Below, piece by piece: positions 26,020 through 39,398 of a stretch of DNA of 64,000 nucleotides (position 1 is the stretch's first letter; each line of letters begins with the position of its first letter). Position numbers and translations under genes: made by a program. A model generated the notes under the pieces. It had not been told where the DNA came from. It saw only the letters and a program-made list of their open reading frames with translations, and ran no database searches. The DNA is from Azolla caroliniana (taxonomy: Eukaryota > Plantae > Polypodiophyta): positions 1,426,001 to 1,490,000 of the forward strand of contig JBHGNT010000020.1 in the NCBI GenBank assembly GCA_043228905.1, in the 5' to 3' direction.

Positions 26020-27000
26020 GTAAGATTTGATTAGTACTAGATATTAGGGTTTACATAGAATCATTTAGGGATGTCACTCAGATATTCATACGTTTAGGGC
26101 ACATACATGATTAGAGTTTTGATTAGAACTAGATACTTATCAATATGCAATAGTAGTTAACAAAAATACATTTCCCTTTAGGGTTAGAATAAAAAATTAG
26201 GACATATTTCGTATATACAATTAGGGTTAGAAAGATATTCTAACAGACTGAGTTATAAACACATAGTGACAAATATGCAAGAGGGGTTACAATCAAATTG
26301 TGACAGTTACGTAGTTAGAGTTAGAATAAGATACTTATAAGGGGGAAATGATGGTTGACAAACTTAGATTTACTTTAGGGTTATAATTTGAAATACAAAA
26401 CATATACGTTGTATGCACAATTAGGGTTAGAAACGCATTCTAACATATATGTACTTAGGGTTAAAAGCACATATTGACAAATATGTAGTTACATTAGAAT
26501 CAAATTGTGACAATTACGTAGTTAGAGTTAGAGTTAGATATGTGTCCTATATATGTTGATTGTTAAAACTAGATTCTCACATAGAGGTAGTTAGGAATAT
26601 AATCATATATGTTGTATATATATTGATGATGGAAATAAGATTTCGACAGTTCTGTAGATAAGGTTAGAATAAGATATGTGTTGAATATACACTAATTGTT
26701 AAAATTAGATTTTGACAAATAGGTAGTTAGGAATACAATCATATATGATGTATATATATTGATGGTGATAATCAGATTCCGATAGCTATGTAGATAGGGT
26801 TAGAAACATATTCTAATAAAAAGGTGGTTAGAGTTAAAATCATATTAAATAACAATTTTGTAAATAGGGTTAGAATCTAATTCTCACAGATATGTGGATA
26901 GAGCTAGTGTATTGTAAATAGGGTTAGAATCTAATTATAACAGATATGTGGATAGAGCTAGAATGAGATACACAGTATATACATTCAGATGGTTACTATC
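26020..27000. repeat. AT-rich degenerate satellite-like array with a recurrent TAGGGTTAGA core
   Basis: The core recurs every ~40-45 bp, with higher-order duplications of ~128 bp (26535-26790) and 55 bp (26857-26962). Confidence 0.75.
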
Positions 27001-27729
27001 AAATTCCATATATAATACATGTACATGTTTTCATCATTTAAATGCAATTAAGTTTGAATGCAAGTGGCTAACCCTCCTTATCCTCGGGCATTGAATTATC
27101 ACAAGTTTTGTGAAACAAAGGAGGATTTCAATAGAGTATATGGTCTCTCACTATGTGGTATTGACCCTGTAATACTAATTGACAGGATGATAATTGATGT
27201 AGATTGGTTGTTAGCCTATATATTAAGAAGAGTAAAAGGAACGATTAAGATAAAGCATGTACATTTAGAACTGTACGAGGACATCATGGCGCTTCATAAA
27301 AAACTTCATCATTAGATTCTCGTTAATAAGGAGTTCTCAATTGCCTTCATCAAGGCATTTGCATATGAAAATTGTACATCTACAAAGGAACCTACTAACA
27401 ACGAGAAGCACAAGGCTGCATAGGCACTTGCTAATGAGGCATCAATAACGCGATACGATAAAATTATCTTTGAAGGGTGAACAAAACAAACAAGTAAGTT
27501 GGTTAATCTATTACAACTACAAGTATATAATTAAAAGTATAAGTTGTCGTAGTAGCTAATTAGCTTATAACTAAGGTCGAAGTAGAGTAGTAGTTAATTA
27601 ACTAATTAGATAAGTTCATAGTAGAGTAGTACCAAATTAGTTGGTTAGCTGAGTGAATACTGCTAGTAGTGTAAAGAGTTGCGTATGCAGAAGCTTGAGC
27701 ACAAAAGACACATCTGACTCTATTCTACT

Positions 27730-29378
27730 AGCCTAAGATACGTCCTGACATACACAACTATGTGACTAACAAATGTCAACAATGTCTGGTTAACAAAGTC
27801 AAACAATTTAAAGCCACTGGACTTTTACATCCTTGGGAAATTCCCAACAATAAATGGGAAAGTATATCCATGGATTTTATTGTTAGCCTTCCTCACACCC
27901 AAAAACGCCATGATGCCATATGGGTTGTGGTTGATAGACTAAATAAATGGCTAGATTTATTGCTACTAAAACCATGGTAACAACTCCTGAATTGGCTTAC
28001 CAATTCATTCAAGATGAATTATTTCATTTTTATGGGTTACCGATGGATAATATCTTGAGTGATCAAGATCCAAAGTTTACCAACGACTTTTGGACACTAG
28101 TCTTTAAGAAGTTAGAAACTACATTGAGCATGAGTTCCATGGATCATCCTCAATCCAATGGGAGACAGAACGAGTAAATCAAATTATTGAGGACATGCTT
28201 CAAGCATATGTTGGTGCAAAGCCAACAAAATGGGAACATTATCTCCCAATTTTGGAGTTTTCTTACAACAACTCCAAGCATACATGGACAGGATATAGTC
28301 CTTTTATGTTAATGTATGGTTTTCATCCACGATCCCCTATTGATGTTAATATCCATCATGATGAGTTGCGAAGTACGCAAAACTTTCTTTGGGATATGCA
28401 AGATATGTTGCATATTACACGAGATAATATAAAAACAACTCAAAATAGAGCACGTTTTTTTGTTGATCATAATAGGCAACCTCGTGTATTCAACCCTGGA
28501 CAAAAGGTATTTTTACGTGTACCTCATAATTCTAAGACATTGTCTACGGGTAAGTACGCTAAGTTAGCCCCACGGTTTTGTGGACCTATTACAGTCCTCA
28601 AATGCATTGGTTCATCAGCCTATTGTCTCGCTCTTCCTAATGGCATTGAAATCCATCTAATTTTTCGTGTAAGTCGTCTAAAAGAACTTCTTGGTTTTGG
28701 CAACAATACAGTTACAACCGAAATTCTAGTTACTTGCAAAGAATTATCTTCTAAAGCACATGTACCAGAAAGAATTCTCGATGTTAAAACAAAACATTTG
28801 CGTACTAAAATAATCCGAGAATTTAAAATTAAATGGAAGGAGAAGTCTATGAGAGATGCTACATGTGAACGAGAAAATACTCTTAAAACTAACTTCCCTA
28901 ACTTTTCATTGCAAGAGTGCAATGTTTTAAAGAGGGGGTGGGGTGTATGTTACGGGCATGACCATATAATATCTTGTGGTAAGATTGTATCGTAGTATTC
29001 TATACATGTGGATAAAGTGTGAGGGTTAACCGAGAGTGTAAAGAAGGGAGGATTACTTTTAATCCTAGGAATTGAGACAACCCATTAAGGCCAAGTGTGA
29101 ACTTCCTTGGGGCCTTAGGTCTGGCTATAAATATGAGGCCTAGCTACCCTCATTTGACACATTATTGACTACGTTGCGATTTTGATCTTGTGGTGATCAA
29201 CTCTTGTAACGAGTGAGCCAGTATCAGGTATGACTCGAGGCCACGACGGTGGTATGGGACGTTGATTGAGGCTCGAGTTCGTCTCGATCCCTTCGCTCGA
29301 GGGTGGTTGGGTGGATCACCACCCTTCTTTCTCTCTCTTCTCTACTTATATTTATATTATATTTCTTTATCTCATGCT
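27730..29378 (+). mobile_element. Gypsy E (chromovirus): integrase, chromodomain, PPT and 3' LTR from 28948; the LTR resumes at 59454-59478 after Copia C
   Basis: WESISMDFIVSLP, KLAPRFCGP, chromodomain PERILDVK...FKIKWK...DATCE; PPT AAGAGGGGGTGGGG then TGTTACGG; TATAAATA at ~29126. Confidence 0.88.
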
Positions 29379-32300
29379 TGTGGAGAATTTGTCCTCCTAT
29401 TCACAGTAAGAAGCGTATAGTGAACTGTTGTAGGTCCAATACTTGGACAAACACCTGTCACTCTCAGATTGATAACTTAGATAATATGACGAATCTGAGG
29501 CTCATATTTTATAAACAAAAACTAAACAGAAAGGGCTTTCCAACAAGTATTTAAACATAAGGAATGGCTATATATTCATTAAGATGTGAATCTTACAAAT
29601 GAGCTGATACAAAAGAAATGTGAGAGAAAGACTAACAATGTATCAAAGACAATCTATAAAACTTCTCACTTAGATATGACAATCAAGGTATTCCTCTTGC
29701 TCTCCTCTTTTTTGTATGTATAGAACACGTTTTATACCTATTTTTATACCTTATGTTTTATGCTAGCTACTTACAACTTGACTCACCTATTAGACTCCAC
29801 TTTTGTAGCCACTGATTTTTGTGTCTAATTCTCACCTACCACATATATTTACCCATTATATGCTATTCACTAGAGTCTTTAGATAAATGCTCACCATACA
29901 TCTTTATAAACATAAACAACCATAACTCATGTCAATTTGAGCTTGTAAACATTTATCTCCAACACTCCCCCTCAAGCTCATTTGGGAGTTATCTTGAGCC
30001 ATGTCTTGCATTTAATTCATCACATCCTTGAAACCTTTTAGTTTAAATGCATCCAAGAACTTTGTGAACATGTTTGCAACTTGGTCCTTGGTTTTGATGA
30101 ACTTTATCTCCACATCTTTGCTCAACACCATCTCTCAGACATAATGGTAGTGAACTTCAATATGCCTACTCCATGCATGGAAAGTGGGATTGCTTTCCAA
30201 GTAAATACTTGCCATGTTGTCACCCTATATCGGAATTATTCACACATGCACTTCAAGATCAACCAAAAGCTTTTTAAGCCACATTGCTTCACATGTAGCA
30301 AATATTAATACTCTATATTCAGCCTCCATGGATGAAAGTGCAACAGTAGGTTGTTTCTTCGAGCTCCATGTGATAGGATTGCTTCCAATCATAAATAGAT
30401 AACTTGAGGTTGATCTCCTATCTTCCTTTGAACCTGCCCAATCCGCAGCACTAAAAACTTTGACATGCAATTCTTCATCACACTTATAAAACAAAGCATG
30501 ATTAATTGTATGCTTTATATATCTTAACACTCTCTTAGCTGGAGCTTGCATAAATTGAGAAAGTACACACCAACATAACATAGATCAGGTCTTGTAATGC
30601 TTGCATAGATTAATGATCCTATAATACTTCTGTCCGTTGTTGTATCTTCTAGTATTTCTCCATCACTTGAGCATAGTTTTGTATTTGTGTCAATGAGTGT
30701 CAATGGGTTGAGTGAGTGGTTTGCATTCACTCATTCCAAATCTAAAAACAACATCCAACAAGTGCTTCCTTTGCATCAAGTAGATGCCACTTTTCCCGTA
30801 AACAACCTCAATTCCTAAAAAATATTTCAGCCCTCCTAGATCTGAAAATTTAAACTCTTTTCCAAGCTTTCCTTTTATATCTTTAATCCATGTATCATCA
30901 TTCCATGTTATGATGAAATTATCAACATATATACAGATATATACCTCTTTATTTCCTTTTTTCTTCATATATAATGAGGGATCAACAATGCTTGGGTTGT
31001 ATCCACATTTAGTTAGATACTCTACCAATATTTGGTTCCATGCTCGTGGTGCTTGTTTCAAGCCATAAAATGCCCTTTTTCAATCTGCAAACAAAATCTG
31101 GATAGTTTTCGTCTTCAAATCCAACCGGTTGACTCATGTATACCTCTTCTTTTAGTTCTCCATTTAGAAAGGCATTCTTCATGTCGAGTTGATATAATGG
31201 CCACCTCTTTGAAGCATTGATTGCTATGAAGGTTCTAATTGTCCCCATCTTTGCAACCGGCCTAAAAAATCCATCATAATCTACGCCTTGTGTTTGTTTA
31301 AACCCTTTTGCAACCAACCTAGCTTTGCATCTAGCTATGAACCGTCAACATTTCTCTTCACCTTGAACATCAATTTGTTTGGAATGATTTTCATACCTTC
31401 TTTCTTTGTCACTAGATCCCATTTGTAATTATCGTTGAGAGCTTTGATCTCTTCTTTCATAGCTTGCTTCCATTCCGTTTGTGTACAAGCTTCTTCATAC
31501 GTCTTGGGCTCTTTGTCTTTGACAACCTGCATCATATATGCAAAATGTTTCACCATGAAACTATCATAAGTCAACCTTTGAATTGATACCTTATCCATGA
31601 TGATCTTCTTTCATTGCATTTAGAATGTTTTTTCTTCAAGCTATTCGGGTTTAGCTTAGAAGTGGTCATCTCTTCATTTTCAACTTCACTTGCGTCTATC
31701 TCACTATTTCCAACATCACTTGCTTCGTCATCTATAGGATGACTTTCATGTCTTTCCTTCCATGATGAACGTTCTTCCTTTGATGTAGATGCCTTTGGAT
31801 ATGAAATTTCTGTGCTCGATTGTTGAACTTCACTTTGATTAGTTCAGGTACATAATCATCATAATCTTCTAAGACTTCAAGAACTTTTCCCTTTCCTTTA
31901 TCTTCATACCATGGTCTTCGTTCATCAAAGACCACATCTCGTGAGACCCTTCTTCCTTTTTTATAGGATTATAACACTTATATCCTTTTTGCTCCATCAA
32001 ATAGCCAATGAAAATGCATTTTTCTGATCTTGGTTCCATTTTTGTTCTTACTTCCTGAGGAATGTGAACAAAACAAACACATCAAAAAAAAAATAGGTGT
32101 GTAAGATTAGGTTTGCTACTGGAATATACCTCCTCTAGTGTCAAGTTATGTATTCCTAATGCTGTGCATCTATTCATCAAGTAAACTGCGGTTGTGGTAG
32201 CTTCAACCCAATAGTGTAATGGTACCTTCATCCCGTTCAACATGCATCTTGCAACTTCAATGATTTGCCTATTTTTCCTCTCAGCTACGCTATTTTGTTG

Positions 32301-33530
32301 AGGCGTATATCGACAAGTAAATTGCCTTTTAATCCCATTTTCTTGTAGAAAATCTGAAAACTCATTGGAGAAGTGCTCCCCTCCATCATCAGATCTTAAG
32401 ATTTTGATATGCCTTCCTGTTTCTTTTTCAACTTCATTTTTGAATCTCTTGACTATAGAAAACATATCAGATTTTTGCTTCATACAAAACAACCATACCT
32501 TTCTTGAATGATCATCAATGAAAGTGACAAAAAATCTATTACTAGCCATTGATGACTCTCAGATAGATCCCCATACATTCGTATGTATCAAATCCAAGAC
32601 ATTTGGGGCCACATAATTGCTTCTCTTGAATGGTTTCCTTGTTTGTTTACCTAATTGACAAGCTTCACACAATTCATGTACTCCAATACTATTAATTTTT
32701 GGAAGACCTCTTACCACTTCATGTTTGCTCATGTTCTTTAGCTTTGGAATGTTAATGTGTCCTATCCTGTTGTGCCATAAATCTAGCTACGAGATTTTCT
32801 TGTCCCCAAATTGAATATACATTACTCTTCCATAAGGATTTTGAATGTCCAAGGTGAGCATCCTTCCTTCTCGTTTACCTTGAGCAATGACCATGAAACC
32901 TTCTTTAGGATTCTTTATGAAGCACCCATTCTAATTGATTATGACATGATAACCCTTCTCTACCATTTGTCTTATTGAAATCAAGTTCTTTAGTACTGTA
33001 GGAACATGAAGAATATTTGATAGTACCTTTGCTTTACTTGTGTTTCCAAGCCTTACATCTCCAATGTGTTCAATCGTGTGTTGAGTATCATCACCTATTT
33101 CAACACATCCTTTCCCATTTGGTATCTGTAAATTAGTGAACATACTTCCCTAGCATGACATATGATTACGAAAACCTGAATCAATATACCATTTTCCATC
33201 ATCTTCGTAAGAGCTTCTAAACTCATTGTCACGGACAAGTATAATGGAGCAGAGCGAAGACAAGACCAGAAAACAAGAGAGACGAAAAGAACAAGAACTT
33301 AACTTATAGAATCCATAATTGGTGTTGTTCAGCTTGATTAGAATCAAGGTGCCCATGAGTATTTATACAAGAAGGTAGGGATATGTAAGCCAACTAGATA
33401 TAGAGTATGCATGAGGATGCATGCAATAGAGAATGCATGAGAATGTGTGCAAGCTAGAAATGAGGATGCAGGCAAGCTAGGAACTTCCAATGTTCAATCT
33501 ACACTACATGAAGTTGGCTTTAGTACAAGC

Positions 33531-33600
33531 ATGCATATGTAGCTCAATTGGTAGGGTTGCTCAATAGAGACCATGAGGTCTTGGGTTCAATCCCTACCTT
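33531..33600 (+). ncRNA. tRNA-like Pol III promoter cassette in the Gypsy F LTR (second copy 52261-52330), antisense to the element
   Basis: A box TAGCTCAATTGG at 33540-33551; variable loop GAGGTC; B box GGTTCAATCCC at 33584-33594. There is no acceptor stem. Confidence 0.7.
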
Positions 33601-36006
33601 CCTCCGACATTATCCTCTTTCTAAGGCCGCCTCCTAACACCCACGACCAGTTGATGAAAAGCGTGAATTGCCTTCGGCACATTTTGTAAATGTGTAACTA
33701 GTTCCCATGTGGCCTCAACTACGGTTTCCACCATGGCAAGGAAGTCCACCATGGGGAAACCTTAGTTGAGGCGTGGATACTATTATTGTAGGCAAATTCC
33801 ACTATGGCAAGGAAGTCCACGCAATCGTCTTTTTGGTACCTGATTGTACATCAGAGGTATTGTTCGAGGATTTCGTTGACTCTTTCGGTTTGGCCATCAG
33901 TTTGAGGGTGGTGCACGGTTGACAAGTTCACAGCAATCTCGAATCTCTATAGAAGTCGGCGCTAGAAGTGGGAGATAAATTGAGGACCTCGATCAAAAGT
34001 GACATCCTTAGGGAATCCATGTAATCAGACCACAACGCCAACGTTTTCGTGACCCCAAAGTGTTCGGCAAGAGGATCATCGTGGCAAGTTTGTAGTACTT
34101 GGATGCTACATGTGCTAGCTGGTACGTAAAGGAGGTGATTACAATAGAGTAGCCCATCCTGAGTTGTAAAGTGACTGAGATCCGAGCTTTCTATTTCCTG
34201 GGATGGGTTGTTGAGGCGCACCATGATGTCAGTGGCGAAAGGGCCCGGCGTGGTTGCTTGGGTGATCTCGTTGAGCAAGGAATCATCATGCAACATATAG
34301 ATTGCAAACATGTGGAGTTGATCGAGCCACAATAAACAATGCGATTGGTGAGGGTGGTTTTTTGCATGTAGTAAAGACAACTACTGTATGCGTCGTCACC
34401 TGGGTGTAGTTCAAAGTCGGGTCGCCGAGAGAGAGCATCTGCTTTCCCATGTAGCGAAGGCCGAGATGATAGCTGCAAGCTCCTTGTCGTAGACTGGATA
34501 ATTGATTTCCGGGGCTGTAAACTTCCTAGAGTAGAAGGCGACCGGATGCAGGGTGCCATCATTGTAGGGCTGAGACAAGACTGCACCTATGGCAAAGTCG
34601 GAGGCGTCGGTTTCAACCTAGAAAGGGCGGATGGGGTCAAGGTGGACTAACACGGGGGCGGAGAGAAAAGCTGCTTTGAGGGCATTAAAAGCATTATGTG
34701 CCGCAGGGGTCCAAAGAAATGGAGTATCTTTCCGGTTAAGTTGGATGAGAGGTTAGACTAGGGCAGAGAACCCGTCCATAAATCGTCTATAAAAATTTGC
34801 AAAACCTTGATACGATTGTACCTCTTTCAGCCAAGTCGGGAGAGGCCAATCAATGATTGCCACTACCTTGCGTTCATCCATTGTGATCCTGGTAGATGAG
34901 ATCACGTAACCCAGGAATTCGACAAAGGTCTGATCGAATTCGCATTTCTCACTTTTGGCGAAGAGCCCATTTTCCCGGAGTTTGGTGAGAACCAACCGGC
35001 ATGGTGTGTGTGCTCCTCCAAGTTGGAAGAAAAAACTAGGATGTCGTCAAGGTAGATGACCATGAAATGATCGAGATACTCTCGAAAAATATCACTCATC
35101 ATGTGTTGGAAGATGGTTGGAGCATTGGTAAGGCCGAATGGCATCACTTTGTACTCAAAATGTCCATAACGCGTCCAAAAAGCCATTTTCCACTCGTCCC
35201 CAAGCTTGATGCGCACCAAATTGTAGGCACCCCCCAAATGTCGATTTTGGAGAAGATATGCCCAGTTCGGAGTCGATTGAGGAGCATTGGAATTAAGGGT
35301 AGGGGGTAACGATTACGCACCATAACTTTGTTGAGACCCCGATAATCCAGACATAAGCGTAAGGAGTCGTCCTTCTTTTTGACAAATAAGATTGGTGCCC
35401 CGACCAGTGATTTGGAGGGTTGAATGAAGAAGCCCTTCGCGAGATTCTCAGCCAGATATGTGTGGAGAGCCTCAAGTTCGGGTTCAGATAACCCATAGAT
35501 AGGACCGAATGGGGGATGCTTGCTGTTAACTCTTCGGGCCGGACAATGGCCTAACACAGGGTGTCTACGGGAGACACTTCACCAAAGGGTGTTAACCGGA
35601 TTAGACTTCAATGCTTAATCCGACTTAATTAAGTTACTTATTAGGATCATCTTTCATAACACGCGTAAGATATAACAATTAAGACAGAACGGCAATTAAC
35701 ACAGAGAGATAACAACGCTTAAGCTTTCATTAATTAACCACTAACTATTACATTGTATCCGGGCCTTTAAATAGGTTTCCGGTCTGTATTACAAAACTGT
35801 GCCATCCGCACCTGTTCGGGATCGGTCCGGATCCGGAACGGCATACCGATTCCGGTCCGTCCGTCCACACTCATAGCTTAATTACAACCACATTCCTACT
35901 ACTTAATTAGCTCTCTGTTTCCCACTCTGGACTCCTTTGCCGGTCGGTAACACATGGCACGCCCGTGGGACAGTACCTTGTACGTCGAATCCACAACCGA
36001 CCCTTG

Positions 36007-38100
36007 CTATTCTTCGTCCAAAATGTCCAGAATGCTTTGTTCGAGAGGCTCCAATGGTTCATCTGGAAGTGGTTGTTGTTGTTGTTGTTGTTCTGTTGCA
36101 GTCTGCTGCGGCGGGTCCGTTGGTGGTTGCTGCGGCTGCTCCTCCGATTGTGGCTCTGACACCGGTGTCTCCATCGTTGCTCCCTGCGTCGTAGTGGTCT
36201 TTGGTTGACTGGTTCCCGGCTGGCCCTCAGCCGGCGACGGTTCCTCATCACTAAGGTTAACCGTTGCCGCTTCCCGTGCTTTTTCTTCCCGCACCCGGGA
36301 CCGCTCGTAGCTTTCAAACTGGATTTGAGCATCCAGCCTATCATCGTCCAGCTGAGCTACGAGCTGCCTGACCTGCGCCAACTGTTCATCTGCCAGGACT
36401 TGGAAGTCGTCGGCCAGCTCGTCCTGTATGGCGGTGAAGTCCTCGGAAGTCAACGTATAACAGTCATCTCCTTCCTTCCGCCGGTTTGCCACATCCGCCC
36501 GTAGCAACTGGAGTTCCGTCGTGTTTTGTGCCCACTTTGTCCACCATTTTACGGAGCTTTCATCAATCAAGTGTTTTGTCTGATTCAGCCATGCCCGGAG
36601 GATGGACTGAATCCGGCTCGTTCCCAATTGCGATTTGGTTTCCGCCGCTTGCAGTTCCTCCTTCAGTTGTTTGATGATTTTGACGTTGTCCTCCGCCTGC
36701 GCCTTGTAATGCGTCAATTGCCTTTGATATGTGCTTTGTAATTTCTGCAATACTGTTGACGCTCTCTCTTTGTCTTCCTGCTGCTGCCTCTGGAGTTCCA
36801 TCCGGACCTTCTCCGCCTCGTCCAAGAGTCTTGTATTTTCCGCCCATTCGTCGGCGATCGCCGTCGCGGCCCGATCAACTGCCTGCTGGAGCTCGGCCAT
36901 CCGTTCTTTATGCTCCATTTCCAACCGTTTGTAGTCCCGGTGTAGGTGCTCAAAATCATCCGTCTTTTGCTTGAGCCGTGCGTTGATCTGATGATGGGCC
37001 TGGTCCTCGCGGTCCTTCTGCTGGCGGAGCTCTTCCTTTAGCCGTTCCATCTATGTTTCCGCCGTTTTCCGCAGCTTGTCCTTTTCCTGCAGCACTTTGT
37101 CTTTCTCCTCCTTTAGTCGGTTGTACGCTTGATGGCCTTTCCGGAGGCTCTCCTCTGCCCGGCGGAGGTTCTCAGTAGTCTTCTTTAATTCGGCTTCGGC
37201 CGCCGTCTTCAATTCTTGTTCACGGCTCCTTAGCGCTTCTTGTGCGGCAAGTTCCTCTCTCAATTCCGCAAGCTCCTGAGCTTGTGCCACATCTCTCGCC
37301 GGAACGGCTTCCGTTGCCAGGGTCTTATTGCTATGTACAGGTCGTTCTGTTTCTTTATTCTATACACTTACCGGAGTCACCGGTGATTGGATCCGTATTT
37401 TGGCCATCTCTGTCGTGACCTGATCCAAGTCTTTTTCAAGGCACTGGATTCTGGACCGGGCCGTCTCTAGTTGTTCGGTTGTGACGAGCAACCGTTCGCT
37501 GTGCGCTCTTTCTTCCGCCTCAATATACCCCACTGCTCCGGCTATCTGTTCGCCTATCCACCGGAGCCACAGGCTACCGGTGCCTTGTTGTGCTTGCACG
37601 AAGGTTTGACAGATGGGCTCACTTGTAGAGGGGTAGTCCCGCCTGGTTGCGCCGAGTTGCAGTTCCGTTTCTGCCCGTGGACCATCCTGCTGTCCTGGTT
37701 CCCCTTGCGCTTCTTCTTGGCTGACCGAGGGAGGCTGTAGTGACCTTTCCGGCTCTGGTGGGATGGGACTTGCCGGTGTTGCTGGTGGTGCCGGGGCTTT
37801 TGTTTCTGGTGCCATCTGCACCGGTTTCGGTTCCTTCCTTGGCGTGGGAGTCTCAGTATGGGGAGCCGGTGTTCCCTCCGTCTGAGGGTTCGAACGTTTC
37901 CCGGCTGTCTCAACGGTCCTTGCCGACGACCGTCGCTGGAGGTGCTCCGTAGGCTCCTCCTCTATTTCCTCCTCCTGAGCTCCGGCATTGAGTTTTGCCG
38001 CCAAGGGGTCCACTTCTCGATTCACCGGTCGGCGGAGTGTGACCTTTACGGGCCGTGCCGGTGGTTCCTCCTGCGCCTCCGTTGGGCGCTTTCGGCTGCC
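36007..38100 (-). pseudogene. Extra ORF (~700 codons): Pro/Glu-rich segment, long coiled coil, Gln-rich tail; two premature TAG stops
   Basis: ORF pieces 37360-38265, 37051-37290 and 36007-37050 are all in one frame, separated only by TAG codons. Confidence 0.8.
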
Positions 38101-38109
38101 GCTTCCTGC

Positions 38110-39398
38110 TGCTGCCTCCGTAGTGACTCGAAACAGCTCCGCATCCGGAAACTCATCCGGTACTCCGTCCCCCGTCTCTCCGGAATCTAATTGGCTTAAG
38201 TAATCCGCTACGGCATGCTGTATACCGGGTCGGTGGAATATTTCAAACTCGAACTCTTGTAACAATAAGGTTCACCGGGCCAATTTGCCGGTGAGTGACG
38301 CCTTGGACACCAGGTAAAGGAGTGCCGAATGATCTACATGGAAGGAAAACTTCCTTCCCAATAAATAGTGCCGAAACTTTGTCACACTGTAGATCATTCC
38401 TAGAGCTTCCCGTTCCGTAGTAGAGTAGTTCCGTTCTGCTTGGGATAGCTTTCGGCTGGCATAGTACACTGGCCGGTACCACTTTGGTTCCGTAAGCTGC
38501 ATCAGTACGCTTCCGATTGCGATGTCGGAGGCGTCCACGAACACGTGAAATTCTTTACTCCAATCCGGAGGTTGTACTACCGGTGCCTGCGACAATAGTA
38601 CCTTGAGGGCCTTATATGCCCTATCCTCAGTATCGGTCCACTGGAATGGTGTCCGATGTACGACGGCATGCAACGGTGTAGCCAGGTCGGCCAAGTATCG
38701 GAGCATCCGGCTGTGCCACCGGATCTGGCCTAAGAACCGGCTTAATGCCTTTGCCGTTACCGGTGCCGGTGCTTCTAATATGGCTTTCACTTTGTCCGAG
38801 TCGACTACAATACCTTCCTGGCTCACAATATGTCCTAATAAGGTTCCACTGAACACGCCAAATACACACTTTGCCGGATTCAAGCTTAGCTGGTACGCTC
38901 TACACTTTTCTAGACAAAGACGGAGGTGCTGAAAATGGTCCTCCTCCCGGCTATAGACGGCGAAATCGTCAAGGAAAACCTGCATAAAAGCTGGTATATA
39001 TTCACCAAAGATTTCCATGATGATTCGTTGAAATGTTGCCGGTGCCGTTTTGAGACCGAACATCATCACCACGGCCACAAACACCCCCCATTCGGTGAAG
39101 AATGCCGTTTTCTCTTGGTCGTCGGGGTGCATCCGGATCTGATTATACCCGCTGAATACGTCTAGGAAGCTATAGACCTCATGGCCGGTGACGGCATCCA
39201 ACACTCCATCTGTGAACGGAAGTGGAAACGCATCCGTTACCGTAGCCGCATTGAGTTTCTGGTAGTCCACGCAAACTCGAATTTTGCCGTTCTTCTTCGG
39301 TACGACTATGATCGGGCTCAGCCATGTCGCTTTCTTTACCGGATGGATAAAGCCAACTCTTAGCAGTTTGTCGATTTCTTCCTTGACCTTGGCGGCGT
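38110..39398 (-). pseudogene. RT-RNase H of the tRNA-Arg Gypsy (upstream gag-PR-RT start at 46688-49803)
   Basis: Removing the nested element restores RRYRMNPKYAAKVKEEIDKLL. Motifs VCVDYQKLN, MFGLKTAPATFQ and YSTTEREAL. Confidence 0.92.

Noticed and set aside
26020-27000. Interstitial telomere
   Set aside because: The TTAGGG motifs are isolated within longer units, not tandem TTTAGGG arrays.
29248-29325. Hammerhead ribozyme (retrozyme) in the LTR
   Set aside because: No CTGANGA/GAAA core was found around the stems.
33531-33600. Functional tRNA gene
   Set aside because: There is no acceptor stem, no proper anticodon arm and no adjacent poly-T; kept only as a tRNA-like cassette.
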